Shown: positions 1 to 9,209 of the stretch, piece by piece
Layout of the letters: each line of letters starts with the position of its first letter
How positions within the stretch are numbered: the first letter of the stretch is position 1
Assembly: GCA_964426105.1 (NCBI GenBank)
Contig: CAYRPB010000001.1
Coordinates: 1 to 47,723 of the forward strand
Direction: 5' to 3'
From: an uncultured Clostridia bacterium
GTDB lineage: Bacteria > Bacillota > Clostridia > Christensenellales > Borkfalkiaceae
Length of the DNA stretch: 47,723 nt
Position numbers and translations under genes: made by a program
The notes under the pieces: model-generated
Seen by the model: only the letters and a program-made list of their open reading frames with translations
What the model was told of the DNA's origin: nothing
Databases searched by the model: none

Positions 1-52
1 GTTTTATATATAATCGAGTCTTTCGACGGATTATCGTTTGTTAAAGCGTAGA

Positions 53-1576
53 TTATTCCCACTCGATGGTTGCGGGCGGTTTGCCGCTGAGGTCGTAACA
101 AACACGCGAAACACCCTTTACTTCGTTTGCGATTCTGCTTGCGATTCGTTCTAATACGGGGTAGGGGATGCGTGCTGTTTCTGCCGTCATAAAGTCGGAA
201 GTAACGACTGCCCGTAATGCTACCGCATAATCGTAAGTGCGGAAATCTCCCATAACACCGACAGAACGAACGTTGGTAAGTACGGCGAAATATTGATGTG
301 CTTTTACCTTGTTTTTTATAATTTCTTCACGGAATATCGCGTCCGCATCTCTTAAAATATCCAACTTTTCCTTGGTAATTTCTCCGATAACGCGAATTGC
401 AAGTCCGGGACCGGGGAACGGTTGCCGTTGAACCAGTTCTTTAGGTAAACCGAGTTTCTTTCCCAAAACGCGCACTTCGTCCTTAAAAAGCCCGCGTAAG
501 GGTTCGATAAGTCCGCAGAAAGACATATCTTTTGGCAGACCGCCTACGTTGTGGTGGCTCTTAATATTGGCAGAATTGTTTGCGCCCGATTCGATTACGT
601 CCGGATAAATCGTTCCTTGGGCAAGGAAATCGTAATGTCCGTGTTTTTTGCTTTCGTCTTCAAAGACAGATACGAATTCTTTTCCTATAATTTTTCGTTT
701 TTCTTCCGGATCGGTAACGCCTTTTAGTTTTTCTAAAAAGCGCGCTTCCGCATCGACGTGAACGAAGTTCAAATCCATTTTCGAGAATACGCGATCGATT
801 TCTTCGCTTTCGTTTTTGCGCATCAAGCCGTGATCTACGTAAATGCAAATCAACTGACCGGGAATGGCTTTTGAAATCAATGCGGCAACGACGGATGAGT
901 CTACGCCGCCGGATAAACCGAGTAATACGCGTTTATCGCCCACTTTTTCGCGAATTTCCGCTATTTGGCGTTTGATGTAATCGTCCATATTATAGTCGCC
1001 TTTTGCGCCGCAGACGTTAAAGACGAAATTTTTAAGTATTTCTTTTCCTTTCGGCGTGTGTTGAACTTCGGGGTGGAATTGCACCGCGTAAAATTGTTTT
1101 TCCGTATTTTCAAATGCTGCGCAACTGCAATCGCGTGTTTTGGCGACGGTTTTGCAGCCTTTCGGTAACTCCGCTACGTAATCGGTATGACTCATCAAGG
1201 TGATTTCAGATGCGTTCAAACCCGAAAATAAGGGGGAAGAAAGGTCTAAATTTGTTTCGATTTTTCCGTATTCGCTCACTTCGCAAGAACGAACCGCTCC
1301 GCCTAGCATATGCGCGAGGATTTGCATGCCGTAGCAGATGCCGAGCACGGGGATGCCGAGATTTAATATCGCAGGATCGCATTTGGGGGAATCGGGTGCG
1401 TAAACGCTATACGGACCACCGGTAAAAATGATACCGATCGGAGCGATTTCTTTGATTCGTTCGACGGAAATCGTGCAAGGTTCGATAATTGCGTATACGT
1501 GCTTTTCTCTGATTCTGCGAGCAATCAATTCTTTATATTGTCCGCCGAAGTCCAATACTAATATGGTTTGATTCAT
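53..1576 (-). CDS. guaA: GMP synthase (glutamine-hydrolysing)
   Basis: 507-aa ORF. N-terminal class-I amidotransferase (LGICYGMQ nucleophile elbow, QFHPE), PP-loop [11 protein letters not shown], and the characteristic C-terminal end [18 protein letters not shown] upstream. Confidence 0.95.
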   Translation of the reverse strand: MNQTILVLDFGGQYKELIARRIREKHVYAIIEPCTISVERIKEIAPIGIIFTGGPYSVYAPDSPKCDPAILNLGIPVLGICYGMQILAHMLGGAVRSCEVSEYGKIETNLDLSSPLFSGLNASEITLMSHTDYVAELPKGCKTVAKTRDCSCAAFENTEKQFYAVQFHPEVQHTPKGKEILKNFVFNVCGAKGDYNMDDYIKRQIAEIREKVGDKRVLLGLSGGVDSSVVAALISKAIPGQLICIYVDHGLMRKNESEEIDRVFSKMDLNFVHVDAEARFLEKLKGVTDPEEKRKIIGKEFVSVFEDESKKHGHYDFLAQGTIYPDVIESGANNSANIKSHHNVGGLPKDMSFCGLIEPLRGLFKDEVRVLGKKLGLPKELVQRQPFPGPGLAIRVIGEITKEKLDILRDADAIFREEIIKNKVKAHQYFAVLTNVRSVGVMGDFRTYDYAVALRAVVTSDFMTAETARIPYPVLERIASRIANEVKGVSRVCYDLSGKPPATIEWE

Positions 1577-1624
1577 TGGTATTCTCCTATTTGATAAAAA
1601 AGACAGGGAAACCCCGCCTTTGTT

Positions 1625-1963
1625 TTATTTAATTTCGATTCCGTGAGGCGTAAAGAGAAAAATATTATTTTCCATTTCGTATACGCCTCCGTCTAACGCA
1701 TAAATTGCACCGCAGAGCATATCGAGTACGCGATATGCGGTGTCTTTCGCAAGTTCTCCGGTATGAACAACCGCTTGCTGTCCGTTTTTGAGGGTTGAGA
1801 TGACTTTTTCTACGTCTTTGAACGATTTCGGGTGAAATACGGTAACAGGACCTTTTTTAACGGTGTCAAAACTTTCTTCTCCGCGTTCGAAACGATCGAA
1901 ATTGATACGGCGTCTTTCCGTATTATCCTTTTCGGATCGTTGAAAAAAATCAAATAACCCCAT
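1625..1963 (-). CDS. sepF: Cell division protein SepF (DUF552)
   Basis: 112 aa. Variable N-terminus followed by a SepF-like core (VFHPKSFKDVEKVISTLKNGQQAVVHTGEL...AYRVLDMLCGAIYALDG). Lies directly downstream of ylmE/yggS, as in Firmicutes ylmE-sepF pairs. Confidence 0.82.
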   Translation of the reverse strand: MGLFDFFQRSEKDNTERRRINFDRFERGEESFDTVKKGPVTVFHPKSFKDVEKVISTLKNGQQAVVHTGELAKDTAYRVLDMLCGAIYALDGGVYEMENNIFLFTPHGIEIK

Positions 1964-1965
1964 AA

Positions 1966-2634
1966 TTACCTCTGTTCTGCTCTGTTCCCGAAGATGGCTC
2001 TTCCGAGACGAATCATATTGCTTCCGTTTCTGATTGCGATCAAATAATCTTCGCTCATGCCGACTGAAAGAAATCGAAACGGAAAACCTTCTTCTTTTAT
2101 TGTATCATAGATTGCTCGCATTTGCAAACACAATGCGCTTAATTTTTCTTGATTTGTTGTTTTCGGGAGCATTGCCATCAAACCGAGCGGACGAATATTA
2201 GGCATTGCCGACACAAGTCGGACGGCTTCTGTTGCCGAATTGGGGGGGAATCCGCTTTTTGAAGACTCGCATCCGATGTTGATTTCAAGTAAAACGTTCG
2301 TCGTTAAGTTGCGCTTTTTGCTTTGTTCGGAAATTTCTTTCGCTAAACGAATACTGTCTACCGATTGAATTAGGGAAACTTTTCCGATCAGATATTTTAC
2401 TTTATTAGTTTGCAGATGTCCGATAAAATGAAATTCCGCACCGCTTAAAAAGGGCGATTTTTCTCGGAATTCTTGTACGTGATTATCGCCTACGATCGTT
2501 AGTCCGCAATCGATTGCTTCTTGAATCGTTCGGACGTCCATCGTTTTGACCGCGCCGACTAAAGAAATCGGTTCTCCGAGATTATTTCCGTTTTCGATCT
2601 CTTTGAAAACATGTCGCAACGCATCTTTTGTCAT
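1966..2634 (-). CDS. ylmE: YggS/YlmE-family PLP-binding (PLP homeostasis) protein
   Basis: 222 aa. Alanine-racemase-N-like fold signature (VGAVKT... HFIGHLQTNKVKY ... MSEDY ... IRLGRAIFG). Adjacent to sepF. Confidence 0.85.
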   Translation of the reverse strand: MTKDALRHVFKEIENGNNLGEPISLVGAVKTMDVRTIQEAIDCGLTIVGDNHVQEFREKSPFLSGAEFHFIGHLQTNKVKYLIGKVSLIQSVDSIRLAKEISEQSKKRNLTTNVLLEINIGCESSKSGFPPNSATEAVRLVSAMPNIRPLGLMAMLPKTTNQEKLSALCLQMRAIYDTIKEEGFPFRFLSVGMSEDYLIAIRNGSNMIRLGRAIFGNRAEQR

Positions 2635-2635
2635 A

Positions 2636-3640
2636 TTATTCGAGAATTCCCGTTTCGATTACTTTTTGCGCGATTTGAACGGCGTTCGTCGCCGCGCCCT
2701 TTCTGATGTTATCCGCAACAACCCAAAGGTTGATTCCGCTTTCTACCGTGTCGTCTTTTCTGATTCTGCCGACAAAAACTTGATCTTTGTTTTCGGAGGT
2801 AAGAGGCATGGGGTATAAATTTTCGGCAGGATTGTCTTGAACGATTACGCCTTCCGCCTCGCTTAAAACTCGTCTGACTTCTTCGACGGTGCAGGGTGAG
2901 TTGAATTCCACGTTGATCGATTCGCTGTGTCCGTAATACACGGGAACACGGACGGTCGTAGCGGTTATTTTTATGGATTGATCGTTCAGAATTTTTTTGG
3001 TTTCAAAGATCATCTTGTCTTCTTCTTTCGTATAGCCGTTTTCCAAGAATACGTCGATATGCGGCAAGCAATTGCCGAAAATCGGGTAAGGGAATTTTTG
3101 CGGCGCTTCTCCGCAAATGCCGCCTTTTAAATCATTAAAACCCTTTACGCCTGCGCCGCTGACGGCTTGATAGGTAGAGTACACGATCCGCTTAATGCCG
3201 AAACGCTCGTGAAGGGGCTTTAGTGCGACGACTGCCTGAATCGTAGAGCAGTTCGGGTTGGCGATGATATTATGATGATTTTTGATTTCTTCCGCATTAC
3301 ATTCTGGTACGACGAGGGGGACGGACGGATCTCTTCTCCAAGCATTGGAGTTGTCGATGACGAGCGTTCCGTTTTCGGCGAATACGGGGGCGAATTCTTT
3401 ACTTGTTTCGCCGCCTGCGGAAAATAACGCGATATCGATTTTTTTGTCGAGAATGTTCTCTCGGCTCAATTGAATGACGGTGTGCGGCTTTCCCATAAAA
3501 TCAACGGTTTGCCCGGCACTGCGCGCGGAAGCGTAGAGGTAATATTCTTCGACGGGAAGATTCCGTTCGGTTAAAACCTCTAAAATTTTTCTTCCGACCA
3601 TTCCGGTTGCTCCAACAACTGCAATACGATATTTTTTCAT
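2636..3640 (-). CDS. asd: Aspartate-semialdehyde dehydrogenase
   Basis: 334 aa. Rossmann motif VVGATGMVG, active-site IIANPNCSTI, YQAVSGAG. AGGAGA RBS at 3649-3654 on the minus strand. Confidence 0.93.
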   Translation of the reverse strand: MKKYRIAVVGATGMVGRKILEVLTERNLPVEEYYLYASARSAGQTVDFMGKPHTVIQLSRENILDKKIDIALFSAGGETSKEFAPVFAENGTLVIDNSNAWRRDPSVPLVVPECNAEEIKNHHNIIANPNCSTIQAVVALKPLHERFGIKRIVYSTYQAVSGAGVKGFNDLKGGICGEAPQKFPYPIFGNCLPHIDVFLENGYTKEEDKMIFETKKILNDQSIKITATTVRVPVYYGHSESINVEFNSPCTVEEVRRVLSEAEGVIVQDNPAENLYPMPLTSENKDQVFVGRIRKDDTVESGINLWVVADNIRKGAATNAVQIAQKVIETGILE

Positions 3641-3738
3641 CCGAAACTTCTCCTAAATATAAATGAAAATAAATTTTTATTTATATTATCAAAATAAAAT
3701 AGAAAAGTAAAGTTTTTTCAAGGAGTATCTTCTTTTTG

Positions 3739-3767
3739 TTGAAAAATATTTTAATTTAGTGTACAAT
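3739..3767 (+). promoter_or_regulatory. Putative sigma-A promoter for the 3801 gene (TTGAAA-17 nt-TACAAT)
   Basis: TTGAAA at 3739-3744, a 17-nt spacer, TACAAT at 3762-3767. Lies about 35 nt upstream of the AGGAGA RBS and ATG at 3801, in an AT-rich divergent intergenic region. Confidence 0.4.
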
Positions 3768-3800
3768 AGTAATAACACTTTCATGGTTAGGAGAATTTGA

Positions 3801-5081
3801 ATGGCAAAAGGTAAAATCGGCGGGTTGATTAACCGAATGATTATGGGCTCGGAAAAATCCGAAGGATATGCTCGTTCTACTTTGCCCAGCAATCGTTGGG
3901 CGTTATTTGGAGATATCTTCAAGGGGAATTTAACGCGGTTACTCGGGATCAATCTTTTGATCTTGGTATTTTTTATTCCCTTGTTTCTCGTTTTGTTTTA
4001 TAAACAATCTTACGGGCTTTATGTGGGGGGTAATACGCCGTTTTCCCAAAACGTAGGAATCGGCTACCCGATCATTCCCGATATGACGGGCGTAACCGAA
4101 CAGGTAAACGTAATCGTCGTGTTGAGAACCTACGTTTTTCTGCCGTTGGCGGCAGTTATCGCGGCGGTCGGCGTATCCGGCGGAGCGTATGTTATTCGTA
4201 ACATGGTTTGGACTGAGGGTATTTTTGTCGCAAATGATTTTTGGCGAGGAATAAAACAGAACTTCGGCGTTATCGTCTGTGCATTGATGTTCTTTTCCGT
4301 ATTCTTTTTGTTGGGGAAGATTTCTCTTGCTTATACCGATTTAATGCTTGCTCTGGGGCAGGATAACGAATGGTTGTTGTGGATCGCAAAGGGTGCGACT
4401 TATATCGTGCTCGGTCTTTTAACGATCATGACGTTTTGGATGATATCGATGGGCGTTACGTATCAACTCGGTTTTTGGAAATTGTTAAAGAATTCCTTTT
4501 TAATGACGATTTCTTTGTTACCGACCAACGTTTTCTTCTTGTTTTTAAGTTTGATTTCGTTTATATTGGTCTATATCGGTAGCATCTTTACGATGATCGG
4601 TTATATTTTGATTCTGACGTTCGGTTTTTCCGTCGGCTTGTTGGCTTGGACGGATTATAGCCATTGGGTGTTTGATAAATATATCAATGATAAAGTTCCC
4701 GGGGCGCAGAAGAATCGCGGAATTTACGAAAAGGTCGGAAAGGACGATGCGGAGTCGATTAAACGGTATAAAGAGCAGATGCAACAGTTCGGGCGTTCTA
4801 ATTTGACGTTGCGTCCGATAAAGCCGATTACGGACGAAGAATTGACGTTGGTGGAATTACCGACAACGTTTAACCGTTCGGACTTGCAGAGATTGCAGGA
4901 GAGCAAAGAGGCAATTTATAAGGATTCCGAAGAGTACGTTCTTGCGCATAAGGATGAAGAGCAATATCAGTTGACGGAAGAAGAAAAGCAAATGGAAGCC
5001 GATCGCGAAAAACGAAAAGAGGAAGCGAGAAAACTTCTCGAAAAGAAAGAGAAGAAAGCGCGTAAGAAAAAGGATCACTGA
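3801..5081 (+). CDS. Polytopic membrane protein (possibly DUF624/YesL-like) with a long charged C-terminal tail
   Basis: 426 aa. The N-terminal segment FGDIFKGNLTRLLGINLLILVFFIPLF resembles YesL-type proteins. Several hydrophobic spans are followed by a hydrophilic tail of about 135 aa ending EKRKEEARKLLEKKEKKARKKKDH. Good RBS. The family call is tentative. Confidence 0.5.
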   Translation: MAKGKIGGLINRMIMGSEKSEGYARSTLPSNRWALFGDIFKGNLTRLLGINLLILVFFIPLFLVLFYKQSYGLYVGGNTPFSQNVGIGYPIIPDMTGVTEQVNVIVVLRTYVFLPLAAVIAAVGVSGGAYVIRNMVWTEGIFVANDFWRGIKQNFGVIVCALMFFSVFFLLGKISLAYTDLMLALGQDNEWLLWIAKGATYIVLGLLTIMTFWMISMGVTYQLGFWKLLKNSFLMTISLLPTNVFFLFLSLISFILVYIGSIFTMIGYILILTFGFSVGLLAWTDYSHWVFDKYINDKVPGAQKNRGIYEKVGKDDAESIKRYKEQMQQFGRSNLTLRPIKPITDEELTLVELPTTFNRSDLQRLQESKEAIYKDSEEYVLAHKDEEQYQLTEEEKQMEADREKRKEEARKLLEKKEKKARKKKDH

Positions 5082-5083
5082 GA

Positions 5084-5806
5084 ATGAAATACGGCGTATT
5101 GGCGGAATTTTATGAAGATTTGATTTGCGACTGCGACTATGAAAAATGGTCGCAGTACGTTTGTAAAAATATTCTGAAATACGCCCCTTCGTTAAACGGG
5201 GTGGATTTTGCTTGCGGAACGGGGTATTTTACGCGTGCGCTTGCGACCGCAGGGTGTGACGTTATCGGCGCGGATATTTCAAACGAAATGCTGTCGGAAG
5301 CGTTGTCGCGTTCGGAGAGATGCGGAATTACTTACGTTCATCAAGATATGACTAAGCCGTGCGGCTTTCGTGATTTGGGGTTTATTACCGTGATCAACGA
5401 CGGGGTTAATTATATTCCGCAAAAATCCGTGCGTTCTCTTTTTGAGAGATTCGGCGCGTGTTTGAAAAAGGGTGGAATTTTATTATTCGACGTTTCCAGT
5501 CCGTATAAACTTCGTGAAATATTGGGAAACAATTTATTCGGCGAGGATTTAGACGAGGTTACGTATCTTTGGTTTAACCGCTTAAAAAAGGATTCCGTTC
5601 AAATGGACTTGTCCTTTTTTGTTCCGAAAGGGGATTGTTACGAACGCTTTGACGAGCGGCACGTTCAATATATTCATGAGCAAGAAGATTTGGAGCGTGC
5701 ATTGTGCGAAACGGGGTTTCGATTGATTCGGACAGACGGAGATTTCGGTAGAAAATTAAAGGAAGATTCTCGGCGGATTCATGTGATCGCCGAAAAAGAG
5801 AGATAG
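5084..5806 (+). CDS. Class I SAM-dependent methyltransferase
   Basis: 240 aa. SAM-binding motif I VDFACGTGYFT, acidic post-I residue (GADIS), motif II/III region ILLFDV. Confidence 0.8.
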   Translation: MKYGVLAEFYEDLICDCDYEKWSQYVCKNILKYAPSLNGVDFACGTGYFTRALATAGCDVIGADISNEMLSEALSRSERCGITYVHQDMTKPCGFRDLGFITVINDGVNYIPQKSVRSLFERFGACLKKGGILLFDVSSPYKLREILGNNLFGEDLDEVTYLWFNRLKKDSVQMDLSFFVPKGDCYERFDERHVQYIHEQEDLERALCETGFRLIRTDGDFGRKLKEDSRRIHVIAEKER

Positions 5807-6682
5807 ATGAAAGATAAAAACAGATTGATAAAAACTTTGATATACGATAACGAGTTGTCTTTATGCTTGTTGGATACGACGGAAATGGTTAACCGAGCGA
5901 TTGAACTTCATCGGTTATCGCCGCTATCGGCGGCGGCGTTGGGTCGTTCTCTGACAATCGGGACTTTTATGGCGTCTTGTCTGAAAAACGAAACGGACAA
6001 ACTTTCGATTACCATTAACGGCGACGGTGTCGGCGGCAGTATCGTTGTTTGCGGTAACAGTAATTTAGATATGCGAGGCTCGATCGATCAACCTCGGGCG
6101 GAACTTCCGTTGCGTGCGGACGGAAAGTTGGACGTGGGAGGTTGTGTTGGTAAAAACGGGCGTCTGACGGTTGTTAAAAACATGGGGCTAAAAGATCCCT
6201 ATTCCGGATCTTGTCGCCTTGTATCGGGTGAAATTGCGGAGGATTTTGCGGCGTATTATCTTTACAGTGAGCAACAACCGACTGCAATTGCGTTGGGGGT
6301 GAAAATCGGTACGGATTATCGGTGCGTCGGCGCGGGGGGCGCGGTGATTCAGACTTTGCCTGGGGCAAGTGAAGAAAATATTGTCCGTGCAGAGAAGGTG
6401 ATTTCTCAATTATCGAATATCAGTTCGTTGATCGAAACCGATTCCCTTGAAGAAATTTTGCATCGTTTTTTCGGTGTGGAAAAATTTGAGACTTACGAGC
6501 CGCGTTACCGTTGCTTGTGCAGTCGTGATTATATTGAGCGGATTTTGCTTTCGATGGGGAAAGACGAGTTGTATGACATTTTGAAAGAACAGGGAAAGAT
6601 TACGGTTGACTGTCAATTCTGTGAGAAAAAATACGTTTTTGAACGGGAAGATATCGATCGACTGATTGGAATAAATGAGTGA
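5807..6682 (+). CDS. hslO: Redox-regulated chaperone Hsp33
   Basis: 291 aa. C-terminal zinc/redox switch CLCSRDY...CQFCEKKY (CXC...CXXC) typical of Hsp33. Its start immediately follows the stop of the upstream gene. Confidence 0.9.
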   Translation: MKDKNRLIKTLIYDNELSLCLLDTTEMVNRAIELHRLSPLSAAALGRSLTIGTFMASCLKNETDKLSITINGDGVGGSIVVCGNSNLDMRGSIDQPRAELPLRADGKLDVGGCVGKNGRLTVVKNMGLKDPYSGSCRLVSGEIAEDFAAYYLYSEQQPTAIALGVKIGTDYRCVGAGGAVIQTLPGASEENIVRAEKVISQLSNISSLIETDSLEEILHRFFGVEKFETYEPRYRCLCSRDYIERILLSMGKDELYDILKEQGKITVDCQFCEKKYVFEREDIDRLIGINE

Positions 6683-8366
6683 TAAAGTAATCAAATTAGA
6701 CAATACGACCAAATATTATAAGCGACTTGCCGAAGAGAAAGCGGATCGGAATGATTTATTGGGAAGTCTTTCTTTGCTGTTAGCATGCAAAGATAAGACG
6801 AAAGGCGTTATGATTTATGCCGATATTGCCGATCTTTATTTTGATATGGGACATTACGATCTTTCGATTCGTTATTGGTATCGTTTTCTCAATATGGTAA
6901 GCAAGAAGAATTATTCCATTGCGTATAACGGCTTGGGCGCGAGTTATTTTTATTTGGGAAACGTCAATATGGCAGGGTATTATTTTAACGAACAGTTGTC
7001 TGCCGTTCACGATCCGTCTAAGGTTTATATTGACGATAACATGATGGAGTATTTTGACGATGTCGTAAGCGGAAGAAAGGATTACAAAATCGTTTATCCG
7101 TTTACGAGCGTTGATTATACGGACGTCCTCGATGCAGGAAAAAGGAAAATTATGCACGGCGATTATGACGGTGCGCTGGAAACGCTATCCGAGGTGCAAC
7201 CGAGATCGGAACGTTACGTCGATGCTTTATGCGAACGGGCTGTCGCTTATTTTTTCAAAGGTGACGTGCGAGATTCGGTTGAAGAAAGCAAGAAAGCGTT
7301 GATTTATGATCCGAATTGCGTACGCGCGTTTTGTTCGCTTGCTAGTGTTTATTATTATTGCGGACAGTACGAACAAGCCGCGCTTTGCTTAAAACACGCG
7401 GAAGAAATCGAGTCGATGGACGACGAATCGACTTATAAATTGGCAACTACGTTTTGTGAACAAGGAAAACACGGAAAGGCTTTGCGTTATCTTTCGAAAT
7501 TGATTGAAACAAATCCTTATGAAATTAAAATTCTGCATTTAATGGGGATTGCTTATTATAATACGGGAGATTTTGCCAAGGCGCAGGAATGTTTTCATAA
7601 GATTATTCGCATAACGCAGAAAAATCCGACAGCACTCTATTATTATCGCCTTAGCGGAGAACAAATTGCTGCAGGTACGAAAAACGCAAAGCCGCTCACG
7701 TATTTTTTCCGTATTCCTGATGAAGAGCAGGAGAAGAGAGTAAAGGAATTAAAGGATTTGCTGCAAATCCCCCCGAAAGGCCGTGAGAAAAAAACGGAAA
7801 AGAAAGAGTTGATCGAATTGATCGATTGGGCTTTTTCTACGATGAATATCGAATTAATGATGCTTGCTGTCGGGATTTTGGCTTCCTTAAACGAACCTTT
7901 TGCAACCGATTACTTGTTGGATATTTTGTTGGACGCGTCGGTATATGATGACGTCAAGGAAGTTGTTGTGTACCGTTTGGCGGTAAAACAGTATGATAAA
8001 AAGACAGGTGTGGTATTCGGTAACTTTTTTAAGAAGATTCAGTTTATGAGCCTTGATTTGTCCGAAGAAAAGGAGGCGGATCTTTTTATTTGCGCTTATG
8101 CGGAGGCATTTACCAAGTTGTTGCTTTTCGGGGAAGAACGGTTTGAACAATTGGTTGAGGTAACGCGACGGCTTTTTTACGAGTTTTTGCTTTGTGGCAG
8201 ATTGAACGAGATAAAGGATTCGACCGTATTGGCGGCTGTTCTTGCGCTTATGTGCGGAAGTGATTCTTGCAAGGGATTTAACAAGGCTGCGAAAATGTTC
8301 AAACAAGAGGTTGAAACTATTAAAAATTTATTGGCATTGGTTAACGAGGTGGAAGGAAATGATTAA
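6675..8366 (+). CDS. Tetratricopeptide-repeat protein
   Basis: 563 aa. Repeated 34-aa TPR-like units (e.g. ADLYFDMGHYDLSIRYWYRFL, GIAYYNTGDFAKAQECFHKII, ASVYYYCGQYEQAALCLKHA). Overlaps the hslO stop by 8 nt. Confidence 0.7.
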   Translation: MSDKVIKLDNTTKYYKRLAEEKADRNDLLGSLSLLLACKDKTKGVMIYADIADLYFDMGHYDLSIRYWYRFLNMVSKKNYSIAYNGLGASYFYLGNVNMAGYYFNEQLSAVHDPSKVYIDDNMMEYFDDVVSGRKDYKIVYPFTSVDYTDVLDAGKRKIMHGDYDGALETLSEVQPRSERYVDALCERAVAYFFKGDVRDSVEESKKALIYDPNCVRAFCSLASVYYYCGQYEQAALCLKHAEEIESMDDESTYKLATTFCEQGKHGKALRYLSKLIETNPYEIKILHLMGIAYYNTGDFAKAQECFHKIIRITQKNPTALYYYRLSGEQIAAGTKNAKPLTYFFRIPDEEQEKRVKELKDLLQIPPKGREKKTEKKELIELIDWAFSTMNIELMMLAVGILASLNEPFATDYLLDILLDASVYDDVKEVVVYRLAVKQYDKKTGVVFGNFFKKIQFMSLDLSEEKEADLFICAYAEAFTKLLLFGEERFEQLVEVTRRLFYEFLLCGRLNEIKDSTVLAAVLALMCGSDSCKGFNKAAKMFKQEVETIKNLLALVNEVEGND

Positions 8367-9189
8367 GTTGGTTGATATCGACGCGATTTTTGAAAAACAA
8401 TTAAGAGCGTATATGCAAGAGCATGCAGGGGAGTTGGATGAATCGGCATGGGAAGAAAAGATTGCCGAATTATACGAAGCGTTCGGACGCTCTGTTTTGC
8501 CTGAATTGGGGACTGCTCCGGAAAATTATTATTCCGATTGCACGGGGCGAGAACTTGCCGAACTTTTATCGGCGCACGTAAAAAACGACGTGGCTGTTTC
8601 GGATTATCTTTGCGAAGCGATTATTCGTTCGGAGGATGCGGAGGACGCGTTGTTGCCTTTTTTGGACGCAGAGGAAGAAGAACTTGCTTTTTATGCGATG
8701 AATTTATTAAAGGATAAGGGAAGCGTGAAACCGTTAGATCGTTATCTTTCCTTTATTGTAGAACAATCGGTTTGTCAGGATAAAAAGGATCTTGCTTGCG
8801 AAATTTTAATTGAATACCCCGATAGAATGAAAGAAAAAATTCTTTCCGTTTTTGACGAATGTGCAAAAAACGATCGCGCTTCTTTATTGGATATTCTTTC
8901 GCGTTGTAATCGTGACGATCGCATTTTGAATCGGTTGACGGATGCTTTACGAGAAAATAGTGGCGAAATACCGCTTTACGTTTCATTTATTCGTCGTTAC
9001 GGCGACGAGCGCGCGTTGAATCTTCTTTATGAGTTGATTGAACGGGAAGAAATTAATTATCAAGATTTTCAAGAGTTGAAGTTGGCAATAGAGGCTCTTG
9101 GCGGAGAATATGAGAAAGAACGGGATTTTTCAAACGATAAAATCTATCGAAAAATTATGAAAAACAAGTTGTCCGACATGAAATCTTGA
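8359..9189 (+). CDS. Hypothetical helical-repeat protein
   Basis: The ORF track starts at 8242 inside the TPR gene. I chose the in-frame ATG at 8359 (MIKLVDIDAIF...), which is preceded by GAGGTGGAAGGA and overlaps the TPR stop by 8 nt. No recognisable catalytic motif. Confidence 0.5.
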   Translation: MIKLVDIDAIFEKQLRAYMQEHAGELDESAWEEKIAELYEAFGRSVLPELGTAPENYYSDCTGRELAELLSAHVKNDVAVSDYLCEAIIRSEDAEDALLPFLDAEEEELAFYAMNLLKDKGSVKPLDRYLSFIVEQSVCQDKKDLACEILIEYPDRMKEKILSVFDECAKNDRASLLDILSRCNRDDRILNRLTDALRENSGEIPLYVSFIRRYGDERALNLLYELIEREEINYQDFQELKLAIEALGGEYEKERDFSNDKIYRKIMKNKLSDMKS

Positions 9190-9209
9190 ACTTTTTCATA
9201 TTTTAAAAT

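Noticed and set aside
1594-1616. A possible terminator between sepF and guaA (minus strand: CGGGG-UUU-CCCUG followed by UCUUUUUU).
   Set aside because: The stem is only 5 bp including a G-U, with a 3-nt loop. There are fewer than 20 nt left for a guaA promoter, so guaA would still have to be read through. At most this is a weak attenuating structure.
3689-3952. An 87-aa minus-strand ORF spanning the asd/membrane-protein intergenic region.
   Set aside because: It overlaps the promoter, RBS and first 50 codons of the plus-strand membrane-protein gene. It has no RBS and low-complexity Leu/Lys/Ile-rich content derived from AT-rich DNA.
8242-8358. N-terminal extensions proposed by the ORF track: 8242 for the helical-repeat gene, 24170 for the GS-like gene, 35784 for lepB, 35725 for DUF951, 36597, 38681 for pepF, 42430 for tsaC, 46597 for mcsA, and 28667 for dnaI.
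   Set aside because: Each extension overlaps the preceding gene, encodes Arg/Cys-rich junk, and lacks an RBS. In every case an internal start with a Shine-Dalgarno sequence or a stop-start overlap gives the conserved family N-terminus.
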